Assembly: GCA_963664395.2 (NCBI GenBank)
Contig: OY761159.2
Span: forward strand, 3,232,001-3,296,000
Origin: Candidatus Binatia bacterium
Lineage (GTDB): Bacteria > Desulfobacterota > Binatia > Bin18
DNA: 64,000 nucleotides
Reading direction: 5' to 3'
Shown in pieces: positions 11,501-20,473 of this stretch. Each line of letters begins with the position of its first letter. The stretch's first letter is position 1. The notes below the pieces were generated by a model. It made no database searches and had not been told where the DNA came from. It saw only the letters and a program-made list of their open reading frames with translations. The position numbers and the translations under genes were made by a program.

Positions 11501-11820
11501 GGCCTACCCATTCACTGTCCGGCGGAGAAACGTTTTTAGCGTCACTCGCTATTGCGTTAGCGCTCTCACAAGGCTTTCGGACCGTTGCGACGGGACGCGC
11601 AGCCCAGACCTCAACCGAATGCCTGATCTTGGACGAAGGCTTTGGGACGTTGGATCGTGAAGGTGTGCAGATGGTCACGGAAACCCTGCAAGAGCTGCGG
11701 GGCGAAGAAGGCCGGATGGTCGGTATTATTACCCATGTCGAAGAAGTCGCCGCAGCCATGCCCATGCGGATAGAAGTGCGCAAAGGTGGCAGGACGAGCG
11801 AGATTACGGTATCAGGCTAG
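8539..11820 (+). CDS. sbcC: SbcC/Rad50 SMC-like ATPase
   Basis: Walker A GPMASGKS, LPQG Q-loop, long coiled coils with CPVC zinc hook, LSGGE signature, LILDEGFGTLD; ATG at 8539. Confidence 0.95.
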   Translation: MRPQKLSLKNFMPFRVTGDQVHEVDFSQLDLFSITGPMASGKSALIDAIVWCLYGRTARYGSDSKGVISTGENTCEVALDFTIGERWFRAVRRTGKITDSGLSEREGEEWIQDKSGSALLTKRIEELLGLDFDSFTKTVILPQGRYAEFLTSEPSKRRELLAKILELGVYARVADQAKLVAGQARTRAETLRETLAQYAGLSQDHIALQKEELSKLIRHIEQIAQQEQLLQGVAQHVDQVAGLRRRVAELQTEVQARHQEKELAQKKADEVTVQGAGLANELAKIGQEREALGYDAARHEVVKRAVAHLNAWAGAQKEADRKNAERTAVQGEVDTLIQQIAAHTRQVEQARSRYQSHTAGFEQLVAEAGNVAALTEKLGAAKRWKELQQEQQRLTARIDSLRQKQTSTQHTLDDLKQQEVNHEQTARELKEKLDRAKEDEQQKRQLRAEAELLGRELQEAAKGEKRVQSECETAGTALTKAEHTVQHVRPALAQAEAQEQAARTALEDNQRRHEAVHLRATLHVGDACPVCQTIVSEILAVQEAGDDLKMRQAQMERAKQTAEQRRKEAQEASAAVAARQAKRDAAEQELKERVRVRQEVQDRFVSRFPGYASLSEALGALQAQQKELGATLKDVAVRTASAEQAKVNLVRQRETVQQEEAKLGEALRGTTERLDTDTRQLEVLGREIAAFLTPHEDPEQSVAQRRTMVTQAEQQMKESEKVLRQAESALNSLNTTQARKEGDLKVLASQHETALGRSDREAQAARACLGLAEDASLPKTEEIEGELNALSHKQTQHADLSQREEKVQARRAQAERQAAESHADLQARMRMLEESQQKQRQAQSRLEKEREELQAAIAQHNFANAGEDGEHIKPQLEAVRGRMMSLQEHRGRLEAEQTEAERRWQEKEQEEEKLHATETEERLASDLRKLLGSEFTDFLSRGAIEALMHDASGHLHRLTHGRYTFDIAYRGRAIALQIVDHEDQRRARPTHSLSGGETFLASLAIALALSQGFRTVATGRAAQTSTECLILDEGFGTLDREGVQMVTETLQELRGEEGRMVGIITHVEEVAAAMPMRIEVRKGGRTSEITVSG

Positions 11821-11859
11821 GCATTCACTACCTGGAAGAGAACGTTAAGGAGGAGGGTC

Positions 11860-12729
11860 ATGGCACTGCATTCAGAAACGGTCGGCCTTGTCGGACAACC
11901 TGTTGTCAGCGAAATCGATCCCCGCTGGGTCATGTCGTACGCGGCCGGGCTCGACGATTATTTACCCTGTTATATGGACACCTGCCGGCCGGACGGGATC
12001 GTTGCCCATCCGCTCTTTCCGGTCTGTATCGAGTGGCCGGTCATGCTCGCCATGCGAGACAGTGCCCTGAAACGAGAAGAGGCCCTACGGGGCGTGCATG
12101 CCACGCACGATCTGGTCATTCACCGTCTTATCCGGGCGGGTGAAAAATTGACGACCCAGGCAACCGTGGCCGGCGTTGAACAGCGCAGGCCGGGGGCCTA
12201 CCAGACCGTCCGTTTTGATACCCGAGACGCCGCCGGCCTGCCGGTCTGTTCGACCTGGTACGGGACTCTCTTTCGGGGGGTTGATGTCGAGGGGGAGGAC
12301 ATCCCGGTCTCCGACCTGCCGGCCCCATTGGAAGCCCTCAATGAATCCAGCCCGACGAAGGCGGAAATCCCGGTGTCGATTGCCGCCGGGGCGGCCCATG
12401 TCTATACCGAGTGCGCGCGCATCTGGAACCCTATCCATACCGACCCGGCGGTCGCCGAGCAGTACGGATTGCCGGGGCTGATCCTGCACGGAACCGCAAC
12501 GCTCGCGCATGGCATCTCCCGTGTCATTGCCGAGGAAACCGACGGTCACCCGGAACGGGTGAAACGGATAACCGGGCGTTTTGGTGCCATGGTGTTCATG
12601 CCCTCACACCTGACCGTCCGTATCGTGTCGCGGGAAGCGAGCGCGGAGGGCGATGTGGTGCGGTTTGAGATGCGGACTGAGGAGGGCAAACCCGCGATTC
12701 GGGACGGGGCCGTTGTTTTAGGTCAATAA
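11860..12729 (+). CDS. Double hot-dog MaoC-family dehydratase
   Basis: WNPIHTDP..A...GLPGLILHGTAT hydratase motif. Confidence 0.85.
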   Translation: MALHSETVGLVGQPVVSEIDPRWVMSYAAGLDDYLPCYMDTCRPDGIVAHPLFPVCIEWPVMLAMRDSALKREEALRGVHATHDLVIHRLIRAGEKLTTQATVAGVEQRRPGAYQTVRFDTRDAAGLPVCSTWYGTLFRGVDVEGEDIPVSDLPAPLEALNESSPTKAEIPVSIAAGAAHVYTECARIWNPIHTDPAVAEQYGLPGLILHGTATLAHGISRVIAEETDGHPERVKRITGRFGAMVFMPSHLTVRIVSREASAEGDVVRFEMRTEEGKPAIRDGAVVLGQ

Positions 12730-12766
12730 AGGCGCAGTCAATAAGGACACGGCGAAGGAGGGGCGT

Positions 12767-13774
12767 ATGCAACGCGGACTGATTTTCCCCGGAGGCGGGA
12801 TGTCGCAGCGCGACATGATGGTCGTGGCCAAAGAAGCCGAAGCGGCCGGTTTTGATTCTCTGTATGTCACCGAAGCCTGGCGCAGCGCGTTCGTGCCGTT
12901 GACCGCGCTCGCCCTGGCAACCGAACGAGTCCGTATCGGTTCCTACGTGCTGAATGCCTACGGACGCAGCCCTTTTATTGCCGGCATGAGCGCGGTTGAT
13001 GTGGACGAGATTTCCGGCGGGCGGCTGCTGCTTGGGGTCGGCAGCGGTAACCGCCATATTAACGCCGAATGGCAGGGCGTCCCACATGAAAAGCCCTATC
13101 AGAAAATGACCGAGTATATTGAAAACCTCAAACAAATCGTCCGTACTCCGGCCGGCTCGCGCGTCTCATACCAAGGCGAAATTCATAGCATGGACTGGGT
13201 GCCGGCAGTGACACCCGTCCGCGAGAGTATTCCCATATACATTTCCGCCATTTTTCCACGTATGGTCCGCGTCGCCGGCCGGGTCGCGGATGGCATCGCC
13301 ATGGGCGCGATATTATCCGCGCCGTACGCGCGTGATGTGATTCAGCCCGCAGCCCGAAAATCTGCGGAAGAGGCGGACCGGGACCCGCACGCCCTCGGTT
13401 TTCTGATGGGTTCGTTCGTCTCGGTGCATGAAGAGCGTGAGGTCGCCCGCCAGGCCGCGCGTGAAGCAATCTGCCGTCTCTTCGCTCCGCTGCCGCATCC
13501 GTATTACGAGTACATGCTGCGGGAGCAGGGTTTCTCGTCTGCCGCGGACGCAGCGTTAAAATATGTGCCTGAGGGGAATATCCAGAAAGCGGCAGAGGCG
13601 ATGACCGACGAAATAATTGACACTGTCACCATTGCCGGGACCCCCGAAGAGTGCCGCCGCCGTCTGGCCGAGTATGAGGGCGTGGTGGACGAGGTGATTT
13701 TTGTCAACGTGTCGTACGCGGACGGGGAGGGCGCCGGCATGCTGGAGGGGTATCGGGGTTTGTTGGCGGTGTAG
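12767..13774 (+). CDS. LLM-class flavin/F420-dependent oxidoreductase
   Basis: AEAAGFDSLYVTE, ATERVRIG, SGGRLLLGVGSG, AGRVADG. Confidence 0.9.
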   Translation: MQRGLIFPGGGMSQRDMMVVAKEAEAAGFDSLYVTEAWRSAFVPLTALALATERVRIGSYVLNAYGRSPFIAGMSAVDVDEISGGRLLLGVGSGNRHINAEWQGVPHEKPYQKMTEYIENLKQIVRTPAGSRVSYQGEIHSMDWVPAVTPVRESIPIYISAIFPRMVRVAGRVADGIAMGAILSAPYARDVIQPAARKSAEEADRDPHALGFLMGSFVSVHEEREVARQAAREAICRLFAPLPHPYYEYMLREQGFSSAADAALKYVPEGNIQKAAEAMTDEIIDTVTIAGTPEECRRRLAEYEGVVDEVIFVNVSYADGEGAGMLEGYRGLLAV

Positions 13775-13824
13775 TGTCTCTGCTGGTCCGAAGGCACGCT
13801 TACGATAAAAGCTTGCTCAATGAG

Positions 13825-14562
13825 TCAGCGCGTCTGTGCGAGGCGGGCCAAAGAGCCGTCGCGGGGGAGGGCGATCCAACCTTCTCGTTTGGCGGCCGCC
13901 ATATGCTCCTGTGGAATGGGTTCGATCTGATCCGTGGCGGCCGCCCGAGCGATAAGAGTGGCCACGACCGCATCAAGCGCATCGTCGCTTTTCTCACATG
14001 CGCGTTGTGCATCAACCGGCCAATCCAGCCAGGTTTTTGTGGCGGTAATCAAACGGCGCGTCAACACCCGTCGTTTTTCCTCGCTCGGCTTCTTTTTGTA
14101 TCCGGTGGAAGGGAAACCCCAAATATGCAGAGCAGCGGCGGGATACACCTCGACAAAGCGACCGTGGCCACTGCGATCGATCCGTCCGTTCTCGGAGAGT
14201 AATCGGGCGGCGCGCATGGCCGTGACACCGATCAGGTCCGATGACACGCTCAACGGCCAGCGCTTGATGCGCTCACGCACGATATGATCCGTCACTCGGT
14301 ATCTGAGCGAAGCGGTACCGACCGCCGGCCACACGTTCCGACGCTGGTGCGTGTAAACGGCGGCGGCGAATGCGGTCGGCCAGCCGAACGGGGCGTCGAT
14401 GCCGATCTTGTTCGAGCGGCCAAATATCTCCAGTAGGGTCGCGTCGTCTGCTCCACACCGAAGCTCAATGATCCGGGCTTTCGGCTTGACCCATTCGATG
14501 AGGCAATACGCCGTATTCTCCGGCTGTGCCGCCAAATCGACGCCGAGCGTCGTGTGTGACAC
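13825..14562 (-). CDS. DUF429-family protein (predicted RNase H-fold nuclease)
   Basis: LGVDLAA, IGIDAPFGWP, EVYPAAAL, DDALDAVVA, EGWIALP. Confidence 0.85.
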   Translation of the reverse strand: MSHTTLGVDLAAQPENTAYCLIEWVKPKARIIELRCGADDATLLEIFGRSNKIGIDAPFGWPTAFAAAVYTHQRRNVWPAVGTASLRYRVTDHIVRERIKRWPLSVSSDLIGVTAMRAARLLSENGRIDRSGHGRFVEVYPAAALHIWGFPSTGYKKKPSEEKRRVLTRRLITATKTWLDWPVDAQRACEKSDDALDAVVATLIARAAATDQIEPIPQEHMAAAKREGWIALPRDGSLARLAQTR

Positions 14563-14698
14563 CTGGAACCTCGCGCCAACTATTTTTGGAACGGCGGACT
14601 TCCTTTAAAGCTTATGTATATGGATCAGTTTATGGCCAAGTAAGTGGGTATTTTAGGGGGAAGTCGGCAAGGGACTCGGAGCCCCTTGCCGACGCCCG

Positions 14699-15079
14699 TT
14701 ACTCGCTCTTGGCTTTCTTCTCGTCGATGCTGTCGAACACCTGTTTGGCGATGCGCAGGCCGTTGACGCCGACCGGCCAGCCGCCGTAGTGGGCCAGGTG
14801 GATCATGATCTCGTTGATCTTGTCCCGGCTGATGCCGATGTTCAGCGCGCCGCGGATGTGGACCTTGAGTTCCGGGTCGCGGCCCAGCACGGTCAGAGCG
14901 GCCATGGTAATCATCGAGCGCTCTTGAATGGCCAGGCCGTCCCGGCCCCAAATATCGCCGAACAGATTTTTTACCGTGATGTCCAGAAAATCTTCGTGCA
15001 TGCTGCCCGGTCGGGGTTCTACGCCGAAGAGTTCTTTCATCTTTGCCGCACCCTTTTGATAGCGTTCGGAATCTGCCAT
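14699..15079 (-). CDS. Carboxymuconolactone decarboxylase family protein
   Basis: FGDIWGRDGL..ERSMITMAAL, HIRGALNIG, HLAHYGGWP. Confidence 0.9.
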   Translation of the reverse strand: MADSERYQKGAAKMKELFGVEPRPGSMHEDFLDITVKNLFGDIWGRDGLAIQERSMITMAALTVLGRDPELKVHIRGALNIGISRDKINEIMIHLAHYGGWPVGVNGLRIAKQVFDSIDEKKAKSE

Positions 15080-15198
15080 ATCTGCCTCCTTCATACGTTG
15101 TGAGATATAAACCGGACCCTTGCCCGGCAAGAGTCCATTGTTTAGTATCAGACCGACTATTCTGTCGTCAAAACAGGGCGACTGAAAAAGAGTGCTTG

Positions 15199-15519
15199 AT
15201 GTCTCTCGAAATCACAGTCCACGAACTCCACGCCAAACGAAACGCCGGTGAAGACTTTGTGCTGCTCGATGTGCGAGAGGCTGAAGAAGTTGCTCTTGTT
15301 CAGCTTCCGAACTCGGTTCACATTCCGATGGGTGATATCCCCGGCCGCTTGCACGAACTCGATCCTGATTCCGAGATTGTGGCCTACTGCCATCATGGGG
15401 TGCGGAGTCTGCACGTTGTCCACTTCCTGCGTCAACACGACTTTGAGCAGGTCGTGAGTCTTGCCGGGGGCATTGATGCCTGGGCGGTTGAAGTCGAACC
15501 TGGTCTGCCCCGATATTAA
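15199..15519 (+). CDS. Rhodanese-like protein
   Basis: LLDVRE, YCHHGVRS, LAGGIDAW. Confidence 0.92.
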   Translation: MSLEITVHELHAKRNAGEDFVLLDVREAEEVALVQLPNSVHIPMGDIPGRLHELDPDSEIVAYCHHGVRSLHVVHFLRQHDFEQVVSLAGGIDAWAVEVEPGLPRY

Positions 15520-15570
15520 AATCGAAGAGCGAAACTTTCTCTCCAAAGTCTGTGTTGAGACAGGAATACT

Positions 15571-16800
15571 ATGAGTGAACAACCTTCCCCCCTCCCTCAG
15601 GCCCCCGGCCCTCTGCACGGTATTCGCGTGGTTGAATGTGGTCACATGGTTGCGGCTGCGTATGCGGGTAAGCTGATGGCCGACCTTGGCGCGGAGGTGA
15701 TCAAGGTCGAAGAACCGAGCGGCGACCTTGCCCGGCAGCGAGGACCGTATCCGGGTCATACGCCCCATCCCGAGAAAAGTGGACTGTTTCTGTACCTGAA
15801 TGCCAATAAGCGTGGGGTGACACTGAACCTGGAGATGGCAAAAGGCCAAGAGTTATTCCGGCGACTGGTCAAAGACGCGGATGCCGTAGTCCATAATTAT
15901 CATCCCACCCGGATATCTTCCCTTGGTTTGGAGTATGAGGCACTGGCCCAGCACAATCCCAGTCTGGTCATGACCTCGATTTCACCCTTTGGACAAACCG
16001 GGCCGCGCCGGGAGTACACCGCGCATGATTTAACAATGTGGAGCGCGGGGGGCATTGTCTTCCTCGGCGGAGCGGGCGGACGCCCCGACCTGCCGCCCCT
16101 CAAGGCAGCCGGTCAACAGGCCGGATTCCAGGCCGGGGTCAACGCGGGCATTGCCTCTTTGGCTGCCCTGTATGCACGCCTCAGGAGTGGCACAGGCCAG
16201 CACATCGATATCTCGGTTCAAGAGTGTTTGGTCGCCATTATGGAGAATAACTATATTGCCTGGCCGTACGACCGGACGACGCCGTCGAGGTTAGGCTTTC
16301 GGTTGATTCCCCAAGATGTCTTGCAGTGCCGAGATGGCTATATTTATGTGCTCGCGGTTGAAGAGCACCAGTGGCAAAACGCGGTTGAGTTAATGGGAAA
16401 TCCGGAATGGGCGGACACCGAGCTCTTCCAGGATTTTGTGTCTCGCTCGGTCAACTGGGACGCCTTGAAACCACTGCTGGAAGATTGGCTGCAGGACAAG
16501 TCGGTCCAAGAGGTGTACCACGGCGCGCAAAAACGGCGCGTGCCTTTCGCTCCGGTTTCGACCATGGGCGATCTGCTCAAATCCGAACATCTCAATGCGC
16601 GGGGGTTTTTTGCCGAGATTGGTCATCCTGAAGTTGGTGCTCTCCGCTATCCGGGTGCGCCGTTCAAGTTTTCCGCCTCGCCGTGGACACTGCGCAGTCC
16701 GGCCCCGTGCTTGGGCCAACACAATGAGGAAGTCTACTGTGGGCAGCTTGGGCTTACGCCACAAGAATTGAAATCGTTGCAAGCAACGAAGGTGATTTGA
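15571..16800 (+). CDS. CaiB/BaiF family III CoA-transferase (subunit apparently lacking the catalytic Asp)
   Basis: LADLGAEVIKVE-type N-terminus, NANKRGVTLNL, SGTGQHIDIS, APCLGQH. Confidence 0.9.
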   Translation: MSEQPSPLPQAPGPLHGIRVVECGHMVAAAYAGKLMADLGAEVIKVEEPSGDLARQRGPYPGHTPHPEKSGLFLYLNANKRGVTLNLEMAKGQELFRRLVKDADAVVHNYHPTRISSLGLEYEALAQHNPSLVMTSISPFGQTGPRREYTAHDLTMWSAGGIVFLGGAGGRPDLPPLKAAGQQAGFQAGVNAGIASLAALYARLRSGTGQHIDISVQECLVAIMENNYIAWPYDRTTPSRLGFRLIPQDVLQCRDGYIYVLAVEEHQWQNAVELMGNPEWADTELFQDFVSRSVNWDALKPLLEDWLQDKSVQEVYHGAQKRRVPFAPVSTMGDLLKSEHLNARGFFAEIGHPEVGALRYPGAPFKFSASPWTLRSPAPCLGQHNEEVYCGQLGLTPQELKSLQATKVI

Positions 16801-16811
16801 AGGAAAACGGT

Positions 16812-18029
16812 ATGCCAAACACACTCCCCCTCGAAGGCGTTCGTGTCGCAGATTTTACCTGGGTATGGGCCGGACCGTTTTGTACTTTGCAATTGGCCCA
16901 TCTGGGAGCCGAGGTCATTCGGATTGAGTCGGAGAGCCGACTGTGTATCACCCGGCGTATTCCCCCTGTCGCGGATGGAGAGGCCGGGCATAACCGCTGC
17001 GGGTATTTTAATCAGTACAACCAGGGAAAACACTCGATTTGCCTCAACCTGAAAAAGTCGCAAGGGCTGGAAGTCGCAAAAAAGCTGGTCGCGGCAAGCG
17101 ATATTGTTGCTGAGAATTTTGCCGCGGGCGTAATGGACAAGATGGGGTTGGGATACGATACACTCAAGGCCGTTAAGTCCGATATCATTATGATTGCGCT
17201 CTCCGGCTATGGTGCGACCGGACCGGAAAGTCCGTATGTGTCGTACGGTCCGGCCCAGGTGCCGATGAGTGGGCTGGCGTCCATGACCGGCTTTCCTGAC
17301 TCACGCCCGATGAGTGTGGGGTTTTCCTATGGTGATCCGAACGGTGGTCTGCATGGCGCTTTTGCCGTGTTAGCCGCGTTGATGCACCGCGCCCGCACCG
17401 GAGAGGGGCAGTATATTGACTTGTCGCAGTGGGAGACCTCGCTCGCTCTTGTGGGGGAGGGGATCATGGCCCAGGAAATGAATGGGGCCGCGCCGCAGCG
17501 GATCGGCAATCGAGATCTCTATATGGCTCCGCACGGTCTGTTCCGCTGTCAGGGAGACGATCGCTGGGTCAGTATTGTTGTGGCAGATGACGCCGAATGG
17601 CAGCAGCTGTGCGCCGCCATGGGGAAAACAGAGCTGGCAAACGATGTGCGTTTTGCGACCCTGGCAGCCCGTAAGCACAATGAAGACACCTTAGAAGCCG
17701 CTGTCACGGAATGGACCGCGACGCTGTCCGCGGAAGAGGTCACCCGCACGCTCCAGGCCGCCGGGCTGGCCGCCTTTCCTGCCATGACCAATAAGGAATT
17801 GGCAGAAGACGAGCACCTGCGCTCTCGCGACTTCTTCGCTGAACTTGAGCATCCGGAAATCGGCGTCCGGCAGCATGCCGGCGTGCCGTGGAACTTCTCT
17901 GATACGCCCTGCCGGGTGCGTCGGCCCGCTCCGTGTTTAGGCCAGGACAGCGCAGACGTTTTGCAGCGGGTGTTGGGCTATTCGGCAGACGAAGTAGCCA
18001 CGCTCAAGGACAATGAGGTCTTAACGTAG
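16812..18029 (+). CDS. CaiB/BaiF family III CoA-transferase
   Basis: DFTWVWAGP, LGAEVIRIES, SYGDPNGG (catalytic Asp), TGEGQYIDLSQ. Confidence 0.92.
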   Translation: MPNTLPLEGVRVADFTWVWAGPFCTLQLAHLGAEVIRIESESRLCITRRIPPVADGEAGHNRCGYFNQYNQGKHSICLNLKKSQGLEVAKKLVAASDIVAENFAAGVMDKMGLGYDTLKAVKSDIIMIALSGYGATGPESPYVSYGPAQVPMSGLASMTGFPDSRPMSVGFSYGDPNGGLHGAFAVLAALMHRARTGEGQYIDLSQWETSLALVGEGIMAQEMNGAAPQRIGNRDLYMAPHGLFRCQGDDRWVSIVVADDAEWQQLCAAMGKTELANDVRFATLAARKHNEDTLEAAVTEWTATLSAEEVTRTLQAAGLAAFPAMTNKELAEDEHLRSRDFFAELEHPEIGVRQHAGVPWNFSDTPCRVRRPAPCLGQDSADVLQRVLGYSADEVATLKDNEVLT

Positions 18030-18063
18030 GCGCGGCTGGCTTCCCTCAAAAGAAAGCCCTCCC

Positions 18064-18501
18064 ATGCGATTATCTCTGCGATTAGCTCTCCGCCTTCCCC
18101 TTTTGCTTGCCGGGCTGCTTCTGCTGCAATGCGTGATAGTCCGCCCGGTGGATGCGCAGTTTGGCGGCATGCTGATGGAGCTGTATGGGATAGTCAGCTT
18201 TGCGCCGGGCAGTCAGGTGGTGACGCTCGCCGTTGGAAAAGGAGAGACCCTGCGCTTTCGGGTACAGGATGTGAAGAGCCGTCATCCCGACTTCTCGGTG
18301 GTGACCTTTCTGTCCGAAATTCGTCACCGCCAGCCGAATCTGTATATCAAGGGCCCGGCTCACTATGTGGACATGTTGCGTACAGAAGAGCCCGAAAAAC
18401 GTCTGCTCAGACTCACCGGCTTATACTATGCCAATGCCCGAAACTTTGTGCTGAGTCGAGTGCGGCCGGTCCGACCCGGTGAGCAACAACAACGGTTTTA
18501 G
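18064..18501 (+). CDS. Hypothetical exported protein
   Basis: Signal-peptide-like N-terminus; co-directional with neighbours; no recognised motif. Confidence 0.6.
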   Translation: MRLSLRLALRLPLLLAGLLLLQCVIVRPVDAQFGGMLMELYGIVSFAPGSQVVTLAVGKGETLRFRVQDVKSRHPDFSVVTFLSEIRHRQPNLYIKGPAHYVDMLRTEEPEKRLLRLTGLYYANARNFVLSRVRPVRPGEQQQRF

Positions 18502-18512
18502 GTAGGGGTAGG

Positions 18513-18970
18513 ATGAGTGAAAAAAAGAAAGCGATTGTGGTCGGCGTTGGAGCCGAAGTTGGGGTTGGCTGCCTGGGCGGCTTTCTGGTTGGCCGGGAAG
18601 CCGGGAAGCCGGCCGGCGCATGATTCCCCGCGGCCGGGGGACCATTATTTTTAGCGGGGCGACCGCCTCGATTAAGGGTCGGCCGCCGTTTGGTTCATTT
18701 GCCGCAGCCAAGGCGGCCCTGCGCTCGCTGTCGCAAACCATGGCGCGCGATTGGGGACCGCAGGGGATACACGTGGCGCATGTGATTATCGACGGTGGCA
18801 TTAACGGCGACCTGCTGAATACGCGCGCCCCGCAGTTGAAGGCGCAGCGCGGGGAAGACGGTCTGTTGGGTGTGAATGCCATTGCGGATACCTATTGGCA
18901 TCTCTATACCCAGGATAAAACCGCCTGGGCCCAGGAAATCGATCTGCGACCGTATAAAGAAACGTTTTAA
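18513..18970 (+). pseudogene. SDR oxidoreductase pseudogene (internal deletion + frameshift)
   Basis: MSEKKKAIVVGVGAEVGVG Rossmann start joins almost directly to GFLVGREA..RGTIIFSGATAS..FAAAKAALRSL; 8-bp duplication CCGGGAAG near 18593-18608. Confidence 0.8.
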
Positions 18971-19006
18971 GCCTGGGGCCGGTCGGGGCCAAAAGAAGGG
19001 GAAGGT

Positions 19007-20044
19007 ATGGATTTTGGATTACTGTTGCCGTTTCGGAATCCGAAACAATGGGAAGTGCCGTTTCCGCAGCTCTACCGGGACCATATCGAGCAAGCGGTCC
19101 TGGCCGAGGAGTTGGGCTACGATCATATCTGGACGACCGAGCACCATTTTGCGGACGACGCCTGGTCGCCGTCCCTCCTGCCGCTTTTGTCCGCCATGGC
19201 CATGAAAACCAGCCGGATTCGACTCGGGACCTATATCATTATCCTGCCTCTGCATAACCCGGTCCGCGTCGCGGAAGATGCCGCAACCGTGGACATCCTC
19301 TCCAACGGGCGGCTCGACCTGGGCCTCGGGCAGGGCTATTGGCTGAGCGAATTCGCCAGTTTTGGCATTCCGCGCAAAGAGCGTGCGGCGCGGCTCGAAG
19401 AAGGAACCGAGATTATCCGGCGCTGCTTTACCGAAGACAGCTTCTCCTTTGAGGGTAAGCACTACAATCTGCGCGAGGTTGTCCTGGCTCCCAAGCCCGT
19501 CCAAAAGCCGCACCCGCCGATCTGGATTGCGGCGATGGCGGAAAAATCGGTCGCCCGGGCCGCGAGGCTGGGTTACCATCTGGGCGGTAGTGGCGGGGCT
19601 GATTTGCAGCACATGTATGATGCCGGACTCCAGCAGTATGGGCGTAATACGGACGACTATCACATTGCCCAACTGCGGGCGGTCTATGTGGCCGAGAGCC
19701 GAGAACAAGCCTGGGACGACGTGGAACCGCATCTGCACTATATGATGAGTTCCTATGACCGGCGCTTCAAAGAGGCTGACGACCTGCCCTGGAGTGACTC
19801 GGTCATGTCCACCCCGACGGTGCCACCGGTAGGCGAGCTGCGCCACGTCAAGGACCTGTCCTTTTTCCAAGCGCCGCTCATTATCGGCACCCCGGACGAC
19901 GCCATTCAGGAGATTGAGCGCTACAGCGCGGAAACGCGCGTCACCCACCTGGTGATGTGGATGCAGATGGCTGGACTCGATCCGCAAAAATCCCAGCGGT
20001 CAATGGAGCTGTTTGCCAAAGAGGTCATGCCGCATTTTCGGTAG
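19007..20044 (+). CDS. LLM-class flavin-dependent oxidoreductase
   Basis: AEELGYDHIWTTEHHF, NPVRVAEDAATVDILSNGRLDLGLGQGY, PKPVQKPHPPIW. Confidence 0.93.
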   Translation: MDFGLLLPFRNPKQWEVPFPQLYRDHIEQAVLAEELGYDHIWTTEHHFADDAWSPSLLPLLSAMAMKTSRIRLGTYIIILPLHNPVRVAEDAATVDILSNGRLDLGLGQGYWLSEFASFGIPRKERAARLEEGTEIIRRCFTEDSFSFEGKHYNLREVVLAPKPVQKPHPPIWIAAMAEKSVARAARLGYHLGGSGGADLQHMYDAGLQQYGRNTDDYHIAQLRAVYVAESREQAWDDVEPHLHYMMSSYDRRFKEADDLPWSDSVMSTPTVPPVGELRHVKDLSFFQAPLIIGTPDDAIQEIERYSAETRVTHLVMWMQMAGLDPQKSQRSMELFAKEVMPHFR

Positions 20045-20058
20045 GAGGAGTCCATCTT

Positions 20059-20290
20059 ATGCCGTCCACCGCACGTGTTGCCGGTGTCTGTGATCCGGCA
20101 TTCAAGGCCGTCCGCGAAGCGCTTGAGCAAAACCTGGCCGATGGTGAAGAGATTGGCGAGTGTGTTGCCGTTGTTGTGAATGGCAAGATGGTTGTTGATT
20201 TGTGGGGTGGGTATAAGGATAGGGCACGGACGCAGCCCTGGGAGCGCGATACGCTCGTATGCATGTTCTCGGTCGGAAAGCCGCTCTCCT
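20059..20290 (+). pseudogene. Truncated serine hydrolase (beta-lactamase family)
   Basis: GKMVVDLWGG..PWERDTLVCMFSVGK (SxxK); similarity ends right after, at the edge of the accessory block. Confidence 0.8.
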
Positions 20291-20403
20291 TCAGACAGGC
20301 AATGTGCAGGGAAAATCCGGCGGCTGCGGTGACGAATAGTGAGATAGGTAGGAAAAATAAAGAGTTTTCTGTTTTCAATTAAGAGAGGGCATCGGCCCCG
20401 TCG

Positions 20404-20422
20404 CCTATCAAATGATAGAAAA
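20404..20422 (-). promoter_or_regulatory. Palindromic box copy 1 (CCTATCAAATGATAGAAAA); orphan, points toward no intact gene
   Basis: Exact CTATCA-AA-TGATAG core with A-tail, same as copies 2, 4, 5. Confidence 0.7.
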
Positions 20423-20473
20423 GTGACCCCGGCCGGTCCTGCGCATGTTGCCGGGCCGGGGTGAGCAGAGCCG

